Shown: piece by piece, positions 40,787 through 52,773 of the stretch
Position numbering within the stretch: the first letter of the stretch is position 1
Layout of the letters: each line of letters begins with the position of its first letter
NCBI GenBank assembly: GCA_946403545.1
Contig: CAMJAG010000002.1
Coordinates: 4,600 to 68,599 of the forward strand
Length of the DNA: 64,000 bases
Direction of reading: 5' to 3'
Source: an uncultured Bacillales bacterium
GTDB taxonomy: Bacteria; Bacillota_I; Bacilli_A; RFN20; CAG-826
The notes under the pieces: generated by a model
The model's input: the letters and a program-made list of their open reading frames with translations, nothing else
Database searches by the model: none
What the model was told of the DNA's origin: nothing
Translations under genes and position numbers: made by a program

Positions 40787-43700
40787 TTAAGCAGTCTTTT
40801 TCTTTTTGAGAAGAAGTACGACTACGACTGCTGCTGCAGCGATAATGAGAACGCCACCACCGACAGAGCAACCAATAACTAATGGAGCATTAATGCTACC
40901 ACCTGTTAAACCACCTTCGTTACGAACTGGTTCAACATTGAATGCAAACTTGAATGCAATAGCTTGTTGTTTGCCTGCTGCATCTTCGTATTTACCGATA
41001 ACATCGATTCTGTATAAACCGATATTTTTGAATTTACCAGATAAAGTTGTACCATCGAATGAAACACCATTTGGTAATTCAACACGGTAGTTGAGTTCGT
41101 ATTCCATTTCGTAGTCTAAGTAGTTATCTGGGAGGTAGTCTTCGACGTTGACACTGAATGATTTACCAACTTTGACATCGATAACTTCATCAGCAACTGC
41201 CATTGTGACACCTTGTGCTTGTTTTGTACAGTTAGCGAACATATACATATTTTCTTTGTATGTTCTTCTAATTGCATTCCACCATGTGTAAGATGGGACT
41301 TTTTCACCATTGTATGTGAATGCTGGGCAACCTTGTGCGGAATCCCAATCCATCTTTTGAGCGTTCTTTGTTTGGTTAGAGAAACCACCGGAGTCGAGTT
41401 GTAAGCTACAACCTGCAATATTTCTATTACAGACACATTCGTAGCATTGGAAGTCAACGGAACTGTTACCAGAGTGAGTCATATCAGATAAGACAGCACC
41501 TTTGAAGCCCCATTCTTCTCTTAAAACGGATGTTAATAAGTAGTAGTTAGCAGCTGTTTCCATTAAACCACAACGGTTGTAGGAACCCATGACGCCTGTA
41601 GATTTACCTTCTTCAAAGACCATTTGGAAGGATTTTAAGTAAATTTCACGTAATGCTTGTTCGTTAACGAATGAGATACCAGATTCTCTGTTCTTTTCTT
41701 GATCGTTAACTGCGAAGTGTTTGAAGTAAGCGTAGACACCTCTGTCTGTAGCTGTACCGACAACGATAGCAGCCATTCTACCCATTAAGAATGGATCAGC
41801 AGAGTAATATTCGAAGTTACGTCCACCGAATGGAGAACGGTGTGTGTTAACAGCTGGACCCCACCAACCACATTTACCAGTTAATTGAGATTCAACACCA
41901 ACACATTCGCCTTCTAATCTAGCTAATTCTGGAGAGAATGTAGCAGCAACGATTGGAGAAGAGACCCACCACATAATATTGAATTGTTGAGGACCATCAC
42001 CTTCGCTAGCGCCTTCTTTACCAATGTTAGATAAACCTGGGTTAGACATTCTGTTACCTTCAACATAGTTCATCATTTCTGCATATGTTGCTTCGTTAAC
42101 AAAGTCTTCCCATTTCTCATCGTCCCAATCTAAACCTTTCATGTCGTTTAATTGGATACGATCTGCTTTAGCTTTAGTTGAGCTTGCTTGTGTCCAACCT
42201 TCAGCATCTTCAGCTGTTCTTGTAGCTTCTTCAGGAATGTAATCGTAATTGTGTTCAACATCGACATCAGCGATATTGAATTTGTATGTTAAGAATTCTT
42301 CGTAACGGCTTCCTTCTTTAACTTTTCTAGATTCTTCATCTGGAGTTGTTGGGAATGTTTCAGCGAAATTAGCACGGCTCATTTGTGTGAATTCGATATC
42401 GTTTTCACCTGGCATTGAGCTGTAGAAACCATTGTCTGTGAAGTGGTTTTCAACTTTATGACCTGTGAATCTGTCGTTTTCATATTTGATGCCTTTGCTT
42501 TGAACTTTGACATCAACATGATCAAATTCTTCATGAGCGTTCTTGTTAATTGTAATTTGATAGTTACCACCATCGAGTTCGTAACCTTTGAATCCATTGT
42601 TGTTAGCATCACTGAAGTCATAGTTAGCGACATCTTGTAAGTGGAATTTGAGGTGAACGACTTGTGTTTCGCCTGGTTCGAGAAGTTTTGTCTTATCGAA
42701 TGCACATAATACACGGTCAGCTTTTTCAATGCCACCTGCTGTATATGGAGCTCTCCAATAAACTTGGACTGCATCTCTACCAGCGACTTCACCTGTATTT
42801 GTAACTTCAACTGCGAGTTCGATAACATCGTTCTTTGCAGTTAATGTTTTACTCTTAGCAGGATTAATTCTTAAGAGTTTTTGTGAGAATGTTGTATAGC
42901 TTAATCCGAAACCGAATGGGCGAACAACACCTGTTTCACCGTTGTACCATTCATCAGCAGCTTCTTGGTTTTCTTTAGCCATATCAGCATACTTTGTTTC
43001 ATAGTAACGGTAGTCAACATAGATACCTTCTTCATAGCTGACATAAGCAGCTGGTTTAACACCATTGATACCACCTTTGACAACTTTGTGTTCTTGGTCA
43101 TCCCATCTTGGTGAAGCGTGGTTCTTATAGTCTTTATCAGTACCATAGGAGAGCATTGGTTCACCATCTTTAGTGAACATTGTATCTGCAGCGTGGAAAC
43201 CTTTTAAATTACCATCTGCGTCATAGTATGGGTTATTTTGAGCGTTATCAGAGAAGTTCTTGAATGTTGGATCTTGTGTGAAATCACGTGCCCATGTATC
43301 AACTGTATGACCAGATGGGTTGACATCACCACTTAAGATTCTACCAACAGCGTAGGAACCGACATCACCTGGGTTACCAATCCAGAGAATACCAGCAACC
43401 TTTGGATCTTTCATTAATTCATCGATTTCAAAGATGTTGGAGGAGTTGATAACAAAGACAACGTGGTCGAAGCTTTCTTTAATCATTTCGAATAAAGCTT
43501 CTTCGTTATCGGATAATTCAAGAGCGTGTTTAGCACTGACTGGAGATGTTGGACAGAATGATTTGTTTGTGCCGTTTGCGTTTGGAGCAAAGTCACGAGC
43601 GTCACATGACTTGACGTCACAACCTTCAGAACCTTCACGTGCGATGACTTGAATAGCTAAATCGTTAAAGTTTGCGAATGTTGCTTTCAATGTGTCATCG

Positions 43701-44176
43701 TATTGAGACATTGGAGTTTCACCGATTTGAACTTGGGAAATACCTTTCCAGCTTGAGTTACCGTTTGTTCTACCAATACCGGATTTGTCGTCATTCTTGT
43801 AGAAATCTTGTAATGAGGAGTTGATTTCAAATCCTGCTTGTTTGAGGCCATTATTGAGGTCTTGGCCTCTGTCATTATCAACGTTATCTCTACCTGAACC
43901 AGAACCAGCACCACCTCTTGCTAACTTTGTACTTGCTTTGCCAAAGACAGAGATTTTGGAACCTTTTGCTAATGGTAATGTTCCATCGTTCTTTAATAAG
44001 ACGAAACCTTCATCAGCCATACGACCGTTAACATCTTTACCATGAGTGATGTAAGCGTTTCTGTTTGAGTATTCGCCAACGTAGTAACCTCTTGTTAATT
44101 TGATTTCTTCGTTAGGCATCGCTAAAGGTAAAGCCATACCGGCAAGAAAAAGTGGAATTAATAATTTTTTCTTCAT
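40787..44176 (-). CDS. glycoside hydrolase family 3 enzyme with permuted domain order, signal peptide and C-terminal TM anchor
   Basis: 1129 aa, close paralog of the 32925 gene (e.g. identical SGIGRTNGNSSWKGISQVQIGETP). Sandwich (DEGFVLLKNDGTLPL), Fn3-like (VEVTNTGEVAGRDAVQVYWRAPY), barrel (NTHRSPFGGRNFEYYSADPFL, KHFAVNDQE, GFKGAVLSDM). The C-terminus is GGG-hydrophobic-KKKKTA. Confidence 0.85.
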   Translation of the reverse strand: MKKKLLIPLFLAGMALPLAMPNEEIKLTRGYYVGEYSNRNAYITHGKDVNGRMADEGFVLLKNDGTLPLAKGSKISVFGKASTKLARGGAGSGSGRDNVDNDRGQDLNNGLKQAGFEINSSLQDFYKNDDKSGIGRTNGNSSWKGISQVQIGETPMSQYDDTLKATFANFNDLAIQVIAREGSEGCDVKSCDARDFAPNANGTNKSFCPTSPVSAKHALELSDNEEALFEMIKESFDHVVFVINSSNIFEIDELMKDPKVAGILWIGNPGDVGSYAVGRILSGDVNPSGHTVDTWARDFTQDPTFKNFSDNAQNNPYYDADGNLKGFHAADTMFTKDGEPMLSYGTDKDYKNHASPRWDDQEHKVVKGGINGVKPAAYVSYEEGIYVDYRYYETKYADMAKENQEAADEWYNGETGVVRPFGFGLSYTTFSQKLLRINPAKSKTLTAKNDVIELAVEVTNTGEVAGRDAVQVYWRAPYTAGGIEKADRVLCAFDKTKLLEPGETQVVHLKFHLQDVANYDFSDANNNGFKGYELDGGNYQITINKNAHEEFDHVDVKVQSKGIKYENDRFTGHKVENHFTDNGFYSSMPGENDIEFTQMSRANFAETFPTTPDEESRKVKEGSRYEEFLTYKFNIADVDVEHNYDYIPEEATRTAEDAEGWTQASSTKAKADRIQLNDMKGLDWDDEKWEDFVNEATYAEMMNYVEGNRMSNPGLSNIGKEGASEGDGPQQFNIMWWVSSPIVAATFSPELARLEGECVGVESQLTGKCGWWGPAVNTHRSPFGGRNFEYYSADPFLMGRMAAIVVGTATDRGVYAYFKHFAVNDQEKNRESGISFVNEQALREIYLKSFQMVFEEGKSTGVMGSYNRCGLMETAANYYLLTSVLREEWGFKGAVLSDMTHSGNSSVDFQCYECVCNRNIAGCSLQLDSGGFSNQTKNAQKMDWDSAQGCPAFTYNGEKVPSYTWWNAIRRTYKENMYMFANCTKQAQGVTMAVADEVIDVKVGKSFSVNVEDYLPDNYLDYEMEYELNYRVELPNGVSFDGTTLSGKFKNIGLYRIDVIGKYEDAAGKQQAIAFKFAFNVEPVRNEGGLTGGSINAPLVIGCSVGGGVLIIAAAAVVVVLLLKKKKTA
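41805..41843. repeat. 39 nt stretch identical to 33964-34002
   Basis: See the partner entry. It encodes the conserved RSPFGGRNFEYYS region on the minus strand. Confidence 0.8.
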
Positions 44177-44502
44177 ATTTTTTTCCTTTCACTTTAGTTT
44201 GCATTTTCCAGTTTCCTATAAACATAGAAAACCGAATTAAAGGAAACTTTAGTTTGATACAAATCTAAGTTACCTAAAATGCATTCGTGACTTCAATATA
44301 TATTGAGTGCGTTTAATTCTATATGACAAAGATTTCGAAATAATTAGACAATTTTTAGATAATTTCTAGACACTAATTTCTAATTAGAGTAAAAAGTGTA
44401 TATAGTTAATAACATAGTTATTAAAGTATATCAAATTTAATAAATAAATTAGATATTCTTGCTAATCATTTTGAAAATAAATAATTTACTATTTTTAGTA
44501 AA

Positions 44503-44531
44503 CAAAAAAGATAGGCCAGTGTTGACCTATC
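44503..44531 (-). terminator. terminator after rpoC
   Basis: Hairpin GAUAGG...CCUAUC (44510-44531) followed on the minus strand by UUUUUUGUUU. Confidence 0.55.
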
Positions 44532-44552
44532 TAATTTTTAAGGTTTAGTTAA

Positions 44553-47500
44553 TTAGTCTTCTAAACCTGCGATCTTTTCATGAATCTTTTGGAGATTCTT
44601 TTCGTGTTCCTCAACGTAACGATTGCTTACTTCTTTCATAGTTGACTCAACTGTGAAATCTTTGATAGCTTCATCGTTCTTTTCTTCGGAAAGTAATCCA
44701 CGACCAGCAGGAATTAAGTGACCAGTAATGACATTTTCTTTTAAGCCATGTAAGTAGTCAGTCTTACCCTTAATTGCAGCGTCAGTAAGGACTCTTGTAG
44801 TTTCTTGGAAGGAAGCTGCTGATAAGAATGAATCAGTTTCAAGAGCACTCTTAGTGATACCTAAGATAAGAGGTGAGAAGACAGCTGGGTGTTTGCCAGA
44901 AAGGATTGCATCTCTGTTCTTTGCAGTGAATGTATTAACATTGACGCGTGTACCAGAGAGCATATCTGTATCACCACCATCGATGACGAATACTTTTCTA
45001 AGCATTTGTCTAACGATAACTTCAATGTGCTTATCGGAAATGGAGATTGATTGAGAAGAGTAAACTTTTTGAACTTCTTTTAAGATGTAGTTCTCAACTG
45101 CAGTAACATCTGCAACTTCGAGAAGTTTCTTAGGAGAAATAGCACCTTCTGTGATCTTTCCACCATTTTTGACTGTATCGCCCTTCTTGACTCTTAAACG
45201 TACACCATAGTTTGTTGTGTATGTTTTTTCTTCAAGTTCGTTTTTAACAGTAACTTGGTAACAACCACCTTTTTCTTCAATTTTTGTGACTGTACCAGTA
45301 ATTTCAGAAATCAAGGATTCGCCCTTAGGAGTACGAGCTTCGAAAAGTTCTTGAACACGAGGGAGACCTTGAGTAATATCGCTACCAGCAACACCACCAG
45401 TATGGAATGTTCTCATAGTTAATTGAGTACCAGGTTCACCAATTGATTGAGCTGCCATAATACCAACAGCTTCACCAACTTCAACCTTACGGCCTGTAGC
45501 TAAGTTACGTCCATAACAGTGGACACAGACACCATCTTTAGTTTCACATCCGAATAAGCTTCTGATTGTAACTTTCTTGATGCCAGCGTCTTTAATTGCT
45601 TTTGCTTGATCTTCATCAATCATTGTGTTGCCTTTAACGATGACTTCACCAGTTTCTGGGTTAACAACATCGTTAAGTGCGTATCTACCGATTAATCTAT
45701 CTTCGAGTTTAACGATGACAGCGTTTTGAGCGCTATCGATAAGTTCGCTAACTTCAAAGCCATGGTCAGTACCACAGTCTTCTTCTCTAACGATAACGTC
45801 TTGAGAAACGTCGACTAATCTTCTTGTTAAGTAACCTGAGTCAGCAGTCTTAAGAGCAGTATCAGCACCACCCTTACGAGCACCATGGGTTGCAATAAAG
45901 AATTCAGAAACGGACATACCTTCACGGAAACAGTTCTTAACTGGGAGTTCGATAGTTCCACCAGATGTAGAACCCATCAAGCCTCTCATACCTGATAATT
46001 GAAGGATGTTAGATGCGTTACCACGAGCACCGGAGTTAGACATCATGTAGATTGGGTTACGAATGTTTTGTTCGAATTGAGCTTGAAGTTTCTTTTGAAC
46101 TTCGTCTTTAACTCTTTCCCAAACTGCAACAACTTGTTTATGTCTTTCATTATTAGTTAATAAACCTAATTGATATAAAGCTTGTAATTCAGCGACATCT
46201 TGGTCACCTTTCTTAAGAATTTCTTCTTTACCTTTAACAATTGGGATATCACTTAATGAGACAGTTAAGCCTGCCACTGTTGAATAGTGGAAGCCTTGGT
46301 CTTTAATCTTATCCAAAACAGCGGATGTTTTTGGATTACCTTGACGATCATAACGTTGGAAAACTTCGTTAATGATCTTTCCTAAATCTTTCTTACCGAA
46401 AGGTTTTAAAATCTTACGGGATTCATATAATTCAGGAATATTACTACCTCTTGGAGCAAAGAATGGAGCAATAGCGCTATCTTTACCTGCTAAGGAATCG
46501 TTGGAGACTTCGTTTAAGTATGGGAAGTCGCTTGGGAAGATTAAGTTGAAGATAATCTTGCCGACAGAAGTTAATAAGTAACTCTTATTTTCTTCTTCAG
46601 TGAAATCTTTCTTAAGAAGTGCACTACCGACGATAGCGATTCTGTTATGTAAGTGGATTTGATGTGTTTGGTAGGCTCTTAAAACATCATCAACACTCTT
46701 GAATACTTTGCCTTCGCTTGCTGCGTAGAGTTCGTATTTTTCTGCTTCTTCAAAGTCGTTTCTTGCTTTATATTCTTCAGCACGATCTAAGAAGTTTTGT
46801 TTTGTTTCTTCAGTTGTAAGGTAGTAGTTACCAATAACCATGTCTTGAGATGGAGTAACGATTGGCTTACCATCTTTAGGACCTAAAATGTTATTGCTTG
46901 CGAGCATTAAGTGAAGTGCTTCTTCTTGAGCAGATTTACTTAATGGTACGTGAACAGCCATTTGGTCACCATCGAAGTCAGCGTTAAATCCAGTACAGAC
47001 TAATGGGTGTAAACGGATAGCTCTTCCATCAACTAAGATTGGTTGGAAAGCTTGAATACCAAGTCTATGAAGTGTTGGAGCACGGTTCAATAAGACTGGG
47101 TGTTTGCTGATGATTTCTTCAACGATATCAAAGACTTCATCTTCGTATCTATCGATAATCTTATCAGCTTGCTTGTGCGCGTTCGCTTTACCTCTTTTAA
47201 GAAGTTCGCACGCGATAAATGGACGTAATAATTGAATAGCCATTTCTCTTGGTAAACCACATTGATACATTTTTAAGAATGGACCAACAGCAATAACGGA
47301 ACGACCAGAGTAGTCGACACGTTTACCAAGTAAGTTTTGTCTGAAACGACCTTGTTTACCTTTAAGTGCACTGCTTAAGGACTTAAGGGCACGACCACCA
47401 GGACCTTGGACTGGTTTATTTCTTCTGCCGTTATCAATTAAAGCGTCAACAGCTTCTTGAAGCATACGTTTTTCGTTCATCAAGATAACTTGAGGAGAAT

Positions 47501-48470
47501 TCATGTCAATTAACTTCTTTAAACGGTTATTACGGGAGATAACTCTACGATATAAGTCGTTTAGGTCGGAGGTAGCAAATCTACCACCATCGAGTTGTAA
47601 CATTGGTCTTAAATCTGGTGGAATGACTGGAATGACATCCAAGATCATCCATTCAGGCCTATTGTCAGAGTTACGGAATGCTTCAATAACTTCTAATCTC
47701 TTAGTAAGTTTTTGACGAGATGTGGATTTTGTTTCCTTCATCTTCTTATTGATTTCCGCGGCTTCTTTATCTAAGTCGACTTCTTGTAAAAGTCTCTTAA
47801 TCGCAGCGGCACCTTCAGAGAATTCCGCACCTGTATATTTGTTAATGAATCTAGCGACGGTTTGGAAGTCGAAGACTTCACCATGGTTTTCCATTCTGGC
47901 GATTAATTCTTCACTTCTGGCCCAATCATCGCTGCCTTCTTGTAAACCCCATTCCGCAGCGTTTTGTTGAATTTCTTTAACGACTGGGATAAAGACTTCA
48001 CGACCGTTTCTTTCGTTGATGAATTCACGGTATGTGAGGACTGAGGATTTACCTGGATTTAAACAGATATGAGCGGCGTAGTATGTGACTTCTTCTAAGT
48101 GTTTTGGAGAAACATCTAAGATTAAGCCAATACGGCTTGGGATACCTTTTAAATACCAAATGTGTGAACATGGGCTAGCAAGTTCAATGTGACCCATTCT
48201 TTCTCTTCTAACTTCTTTAGAAGTGACTTCAACGCCACACTTTTCACAAACGACACCGGCAAATCTAATTTTCTTATATTTACCACAGTGACATTCATAG
48301 TCTTTGCTAGGTCCAAAGATCTTTTCGCAGTATAAACCTTGCATTTCTGGTTTTTGACTACGATAGTTGATGGTTTCTGGTTTTAATACTTCACCATGAC
48401 TCCAGCTACGGATGGCTTCAGGGGAGGCTAAACCGACTTTAATCGCTGCTAATCTTTTAACATCAAACAT
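44553..48470 (-). CDS. rpoC: DNA-directed RNA polymerase subunit beta'
   Basis: 1305 aa. Zinc-binding [20 protein letters not shown] and catalytic [20 protein letters not shown] lies upstream. Confidence 0.98.
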   Translation of the reverse strand: MFDVKRLAAIKVGLASPEAIRSWSHGEVLKPETINYRSQKPEMQGLYCEKIFGPSKDYECHCGKYKKIRFAGVVCEKCGVEVTSKEVRRERMGHIELASPCSHIWYLKGIPSRIGLILDVSPKHLEEVTYYAAHICLNPGKSSVLTYREFINERNGREVFIPVVKEIQQNAAEWGLQEGSDDWARSEELIARMENHGEVFDFQTVARFINKYTGAEFSEGAAAIKRLLQEVDLDKEAAEINKKMKETKSTSRQKLTKRLEVIEAFRNSDNRPEWMILDVIPVIPPDLRPMLQLDGGRFATSDLNDLYRRVISRNNRLKKLIDMNSPQVILMNEKRMLQEAVDALIDNGRRNKPVQGPGGRALKSLSSALKGKQGRFRQNLLGKRVDYSGRSVIAVGPFLKMYQCGLPREMAIQLLRPFIACELLKRGKANAHKQADKIIDRYEDEVFDIVEEIISKHPVLLNRAPTLHRLGIQAFQPILVDGRAIRLHPLVCTGFNADFDGDQMAVHVPLSKSAQEEALHLMLASNNILGPKDGKPIVTPSQDMVIGNYYLTTEETKQNFLDRAEEYKARNDFEEAEKYELYAASEGKVFKSVDDVLRAYQTHQIHLHNRIAIVGSALLKKDFTEEENKSYLLTSVGKIIFNLIFPSDFPYLNEVSNDSLAGKDSAIAPFFAPRGSNIPELYESRKILKPFGKKDLGKIINEVFQRYDRQGNPKTSAVLDKIKDQGFHYSTVAGLTVSLSDIPIVKGKEEILKKGDQDVAELQALYQLGLLTNNERHKQVVAVWERVKDEVQKKLQAQFEQNIRNPIYMMSNSGARGNASNILQLSGMRGLMGSTSGGTIELPVKNCFREGMSVSEFFIATHGARKGGADTALKTADSGYLTRRLVDVSQDVIVREEDCGTDHGFEVSELIDSAQNAVIVKLEDRLIGRYALNDVVNPETGEVIVKGNTMIDEDQAKAIKDAGIKKVTIRSLFGCETKDGVCVHCYGRNLATGRKVEVGEAVGIMAAQSIGEPGTQLTMRTFHTGGVAGSDITQGLPRVQELFEARTPKGESLISEITGTVTKIEEKGGCYQVTVKNELEEKTYTTNYGVRLRVKKGDTVKNGGKITEGAISPKKLLEVADVTAVENYILKEVQKVYSSQSISISDKHIEVIVRQMLRKVFVIDGGDTDMLSGTRVNVNTFTAKNRDAILSGKHPAVFSPLILGITKSALETDSFLSAASFQETTRVLTDAAIKGKTDYLHGLKENVITGHLIPAGRGLLSEEKNDEAIKDFTVESTMKEVSNRYVEEHEKNLQKIHEKIAGLED

Positions 48471-48484
48471 AATCTTTTATCCTC

Positions 48485-51400
48485 CTATTCTCCGAACACG
48501 TCATCCGCTGAGCGGCTTGACATACCAACGGCTTCTTCATCAACAACGGAATCGCTACTACTACCATCACCGATAAGATTACGGATGTTAGAGTTGATTC
48601 TTCTTTCTTCCTTCTCGGCTTCTTTAGCAAGAGCGTCCATATCGATGGCGTTACCTTCTTGGTCAAGAAGAGTGACGTTCATGGATAAGGCTTGTAATTC
48701 TTTAACTAAAACCTTGAAGGCTTCTGGAATGCCTGGTTTTGGTAATGGTTGATCTTTAATGATCGCTTCGTAGGTCTTTCTTCTACCGACGCGGTCATCG
48801 GATTTAATGGTGATGATTTCTTGTAAGACGTGGGCGGCGCCATAGGCTTCAAGAGCCCAGACTTCCATTTCACCAAATCTTTGACCACCATTTTGTGCTT
48901 TACCACCTAAAGGTTGTTGTGTGACTAAGCTATATGGACCTGTTGCACGAGCGTGTAACTTATCATCGACCATGTGGACAAGTTTAATCATGTACATACA
49001 GCCGACTGTAATTCTTTCGTCAAATCTTTCACCAGTAGTTCCATCATATAAGACAGTTTTACCATCTGGATCCATTTGAGCCTTTTTCATCATGTCTAAG
49101 ATTTCTTCGTTTGTAATACCATCAAAGACAGGGGTTGCAATCTTGTAGCCTAATTTCTTAAGAGCGTAGCCTAAGTGGACTTCAAGAATTTGACCGATGT
49201 TCATACGAGATGGAACGCCTAATGGGTTTAACATGATGTCAACAGGTGTTCCGTCAGGTAAGAATGGCATATCGCATTCTGGGAGAATACGAGAGATAAC
49301 ACCTTTGTTACCGTGACGACCAGACATCTTGTCACCTTCAGAAATCTTTCTCTTTTGAACGATGTAGACTCTGACAACTTCGTTGACTCCTGGTGGGAGT
49401 TCAACATCTTTATTTTTACCTTCACGTTTGAAAATCTTAACATCGAGGACAATACCTGCACCACCATGAGGAACACGGAGAGATGCATCTTTACCTTCGT
49501 TAGATTTTTCACCGAAGATAGCCATTAATAATTTTTCTTCAGGAGATGGTTCGCTTAAACCCTTAGGAGTGACTTTACCAACGAGGATATCGCCTTCTTT
49601 AACTTCACTACCAGGGATAATGATACCTCTATCGTCTAAGAATGCTTTTGCGCTTTCTGCAACGTTAGGAATATCTCTTGTGATTTCTTCATCGCCTAAT
49701 TTTGGAATGCTTCTACATTCAAGTTCATATTTTTCAATATGGATTGATGTATAAACATCATCTTTAACTAATCTTTCAGACATGATAACAGCGTCTTCGT
49801 AGTTGTAACCATTCCATGTCATGAATGCGATTGTAACGTTTTGACCAAGTGCAAGGTCACCCTTTTGCATAGCAGGACCATCTGCGATGATTTGACCTTT
49901 CTTAATCTTATCTCCAACTTTAACGATGGAAACTTGATTAATACATGTACCTTGGTTACTTCTTTCAAATTTTTGAAGTTGGTACACTCTTGGTTCTTGT
50001 TGACCTTTTTCAAGAATTTCAATGTTTCTTGAATCAGTATATGTAACAACACCATCTTCTGCTGCGACAACTGCTAAACCAGAGTCACGAGCGATTTGGT
50101 GTTCAAGACCTGTTCCGACAAATGGAGCGTGTGGTCTTAAAAGTGGTAAAGCTTGACGTTGCATGTTAGAACCCATCAAAGCACGCATTGTATCGTCGTT
50201 TTCGAGGAATGGAATACATCCAGCAGCGATACTAACGATTTGTTTAGGGCTAACGTCGACATAGTCGACTTCGTTACGATCAGCCATAATGTTTTCGCCT
50301 TTATATCTAGCGACAACTTGTTCATCTAAAATTTCACCATCTGGAGAAAGGTTAATGTTTGCTTCAGCAATGACATAATCCCATTCTTCATCAGCAGAAA
50401 GATAAACAGAATCTTCAGCTTTATTTAAGACGCGGCATGTTGCTTTATCGACTTTACGGTATGGAGTTTCTATAAATCCATATTTATTAATTTTCGCGTA
50501 TGAAGCGAGGTTGTTAATCAAACCAATGTTTTGACCTTCAGGTGTTTCAATAGGACAGATTCTGCCATAGTGAGAAACGTGAACGTCACGAACTTCTGTA
50601 GATGCTCTATCACGAGTTAAACCACCAGGACCTAAAGCAGATAATCTACGTTTATTAGTTAATTCTGCTAATGGGTTAGTTTGATCCATGAATTGAGAAA
50701 GTTGAGAACTTGCAAAGAATTCACGAATACTTGCGGAAAGTGGTCTTGGGTTAATTAAAGCCTTTGGCTTAACATTTCCTAAATCGGAAATAGACATCTT
50801 TTGTTGAACTGTTTTGACCATTTTTGCTAAACCAACACGGAATTGGTTTTGAATGAGTTCACCGACACAACGGATTCTTCTGTTACCTAAGTGGTCAATA
50901 TCATCAGTTCCACCGAAACCATCCATAACATTTAAGAAATAGGAGAAGCAAGCAAAGATATCGGAAATAGTGACATGTTGACATGTGCTATTTAAGTTTG
51001 TACCGATAACATAGCAAACTTTCTTTTCTCTATCGTTGTTATAGACTTTAACTCTGTTAACGACACCATCAGTATCAAGTTTTTCGTTAACATTAATCTT
51101 TAACATATGAGCGCCGTTTTCAAAGAAGTTTTCATCGCGTAATGCATCAACATCTTCCGCTGTTAATGTATAGCCTTTCTTGAAACGGAGTTCACCATCA
51201 ACAGAAGTTAAGTTTTCTGCAAGTGTTTGTCCAATTAAACGGTTGTAGATACCTAATTTCTTGATGTATTTGAATCTACCAGCACGGCCGAGGTCATAAC
51301 GGTGTTCATCAAAGAATTTTTGGAACAAGAAGTTATTTAAACCTTCAGTTGTGATAGGTTCACCTGGTTTCATCTTCTTGAAGATTTCAAGTAATGCGTT

Positions 51401-52105
51401 ATATGTGTTGTTAATTTTGCTATCTTCGTCTTTAGCAATTGTGTTTTCTAAAGCTTCAGATTTGCCAAACAAGTCAGTAATGTCAGAAGAGTTTTCTAAA
51501 CCTAACGCTCTTAAAAGGATTGTAGCGTTAAGTTTTCTTTGACGGTCAATACGGACACTTAAAATGTCTTTTGCACCACTTTCAAATTGTAACCAAGCAC
51601 CACGGCCAGGCATTAAGTCTGCGCCATAAGTGACCTTGCCACTCTTTGGATCAGTGAATGCTGACATGTAAGCTCCTGGGGAACGAACAAGTTGAGAAAC
51701 GATAACTCTTTCAGCACCATTGACAATGAATGTGCCAGATTTTGTCATAAGTGGGAATTCACCCATGTAAACTTCAGACTCTTGAATTTCACCAGTCTCC
51801 TTGTGATTGAGTCTTAACATGATATAAATTGGCACGCTATAAGTAAGATCTTGGGCTTTGCAATCTAAGAAACTATGTTTAGGTTCACCGAAACGAACAC
51901 TAACGTAGTCGATTGATAAAGTTCCAGTATAGTTAACGATTGGGAAACTTTCTCTGAAAACTTCATCTAAACCCTTATCTTTGAATTCTTGGTAAGATTT
52001 AGTTTGGATTTCAACAAGATTTGGTAAAGGAAGTTCACCAGAAATTTTGCTGTAATCATAACGATCGTTATTTAACTTTTTGAGTTTAGTAATATCTCTT
52101 ATCAT
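48485..52105 (-). CDS. rpoB: DNA-directed RNA polymerase subunit beta
   Basis: 1206 aa with conserved blocks ([25 protein letters not shown]). The C-terminus is an acidic Ser-rich tail. Confidence 0.98.
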   Translation of the reverse strand: MIRDITKLKKLNNDRYDYSKISGELPLPNLVEIQTKSYQEFKDKGLDEVFRESFPIVNYTGTLSIDYVSVRFGEPKHSFLDCKAQDLTYSVPIYIMLRLNHKETGEIQESEVYMGEFPLMTKSGTFIVNGAERVIVSQLVRSPGAYMSAFTDPKSGKVTYGADLMPGRGAWLQFESGAKDILSVRIDRQRKLNATILLRALGLENSSDITDLFGKSEALENTIAKDEDSKINNTYNALLEIFKKMKPGEPITTEGLNNFLFQKFFDEHRYDLGRAGRFKYIKKLGIYNRLIGQTLAENLTSVDGELRFKKGYTLTAEDVDALRDENFFENGAHMLKINVNEKLDTDGVVNRVKVYNNDREKKVCYVIGTNLNSTCQHVTISDIFACFSYFLNVMDGFGGTDDIDHLGNRRIRCVGELIQNQFRVGLAKMVKTVQQKMSISDLGNVKPKALINPRPLSASIREFFASSQLSQFMDQTNPLAELTNKRRLSALGPGGLTRDRASTEVRDVHVSHYGRICPIETPEGQNIGLINNLASYAKINKYGFIETPYRKVDKATCRVLNKAEDSVYLSADEEWDYVIAEANINLSPDGEILDEQVVARYKGENIMADRNEVDYVDVSPKQIVSIAAGCIPFLENDDTMRALMGSNMQRQALPLLRPHAPFVGTGLEHQIARDSGLAVVAAEDGVVTYTDSRNIEILEKGQQEPRVYQLQKFERSNQGTCINQVSIVKVGDKIKKGQIIADGPAMQKGDLALGQNVTIAFMTWNGYNYEDAVIMSERLVKDDVYTSIHIEKYELECRSIPKLGDEEITRDIPNVAESAKAFLDDRGIIIPGSEVKEGDILVGKVTPKGLSEPSPEEKLLMAIFGEKSNEGKDASLRVPHGGAGIVLDVKIFKREGKNKDVELPPGVNEVVRVYIVQKRKISEGDKMSGRHGNKGVISRILPECDMPFLPDGTPVDIMLNPLGVPSRMNIGQILEVHLGYALKKLGYKIATPVFDGITNEEILDMMKKAQMDPDGKTVLYDGTTGERFDERITVGCMYMIKLVHMVDDKLHARATGPYSLVTQQPLGGKAQNGGQRFGEMEVWALEAYGAAHVLQEIITIKSDDRVGRRKTYEAIIKDQPLPKPGIPEAFKVLVKELQALSMNVTLLDQEGNAIDMDALAKEAEKEERRINSNIRNLIGDGSSSDSVVDEEAVGMSSRSADDVFGE

Positions 52106-52122
52106 TTGAATGGCTCCTTATT

Positions 52123-52731
52123 CTAATTTTGTTTTGCTCTTGTAGCCTTATACACGTAATAACCTTTATCTTTTTTAAGTAGTTCGACATTGCCAAACAA
52201 ACTCTCAATATATTTGCTAGCACTAGGTCCACCTTGGTTCTTACGGATGACAACATACAATGAGCCGCCATCAATTAAGCGTTGTAAACTACCTTCATAC
52301 ATCGCCCAGGTTACCTTTTTCCCTGCGCGAATTGGAGGATTCACAACAATTGAATCATATGGTCCTTCTATATTTTCGAAGATGTCACTTTGAAGGCAAG
52401 TGACTCTTTGGCTTAATCCAAGCAACTTGGCGTTCTCTTCGCATAATGCGAGGGCGCGCTTATTTATATCCGCGAGGGTTACCCTCACGTCCTTATTAAA
52501 CATGGCAATAGTTAAGCCGATAGTGCCATATCCACATCCTAAATCTAGGATTTTTCCGGTGAGATTGAGGGGTAGTAATACCTTCAAAAAGGCTAAACTA
52601 CCCTCATCTACACGGCTTTTTGAAAACACTCCGTTATCAGTTTTTAAGGTGATTTTACGGTCATAAATTTCGAAGCTTATCTCTCTAATTTTTGACGCAC
52701 TTTGAGGATCAGAATCGTAATAATGTGCCAT
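52123..52731 (-). CDS. class I SAM-dependent methyltransferase (RsmC/YbxB-like)
   Basis: 202 aa. SAM motif ILDLGCGYGTIG and NPPIRAG motif. Its position between rplL and rpoB matches Bacillus ybxB. Confidence 0.8.
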   Translation of the reverse strand: MAHYYDSDPQSASKIREISFEIYDRKITLKTDNGVFSKSRVDEGSLAFLKVLLPLNLTGKILDLGCGYGTIGLTIAMFNKDVRVTLADINKRALALCEENAKLLGLSQRVTCLQSDIFENIEGPYDSIVVNPPIRAGKKVTWAMYEGSLQRLIDGGSLYVVIRKNQGGPSASKYIESLFGNVELLKKDKGYYVYKATRAKQN

Positions 52732-52773
52732 ATTACCCCCTAATAACAGAGTTTAAATTTGATATAAGTTAAA

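Noticed and set aside
32925-44552. The GH3 block as a mobile genomic island
   Set aside because: I saw no integrase, transposase or recombinase, no flanking direct repeats and no tRNA at the junctions. Composition looks similar to the surroundings by eye. Reported only as a synteny break.
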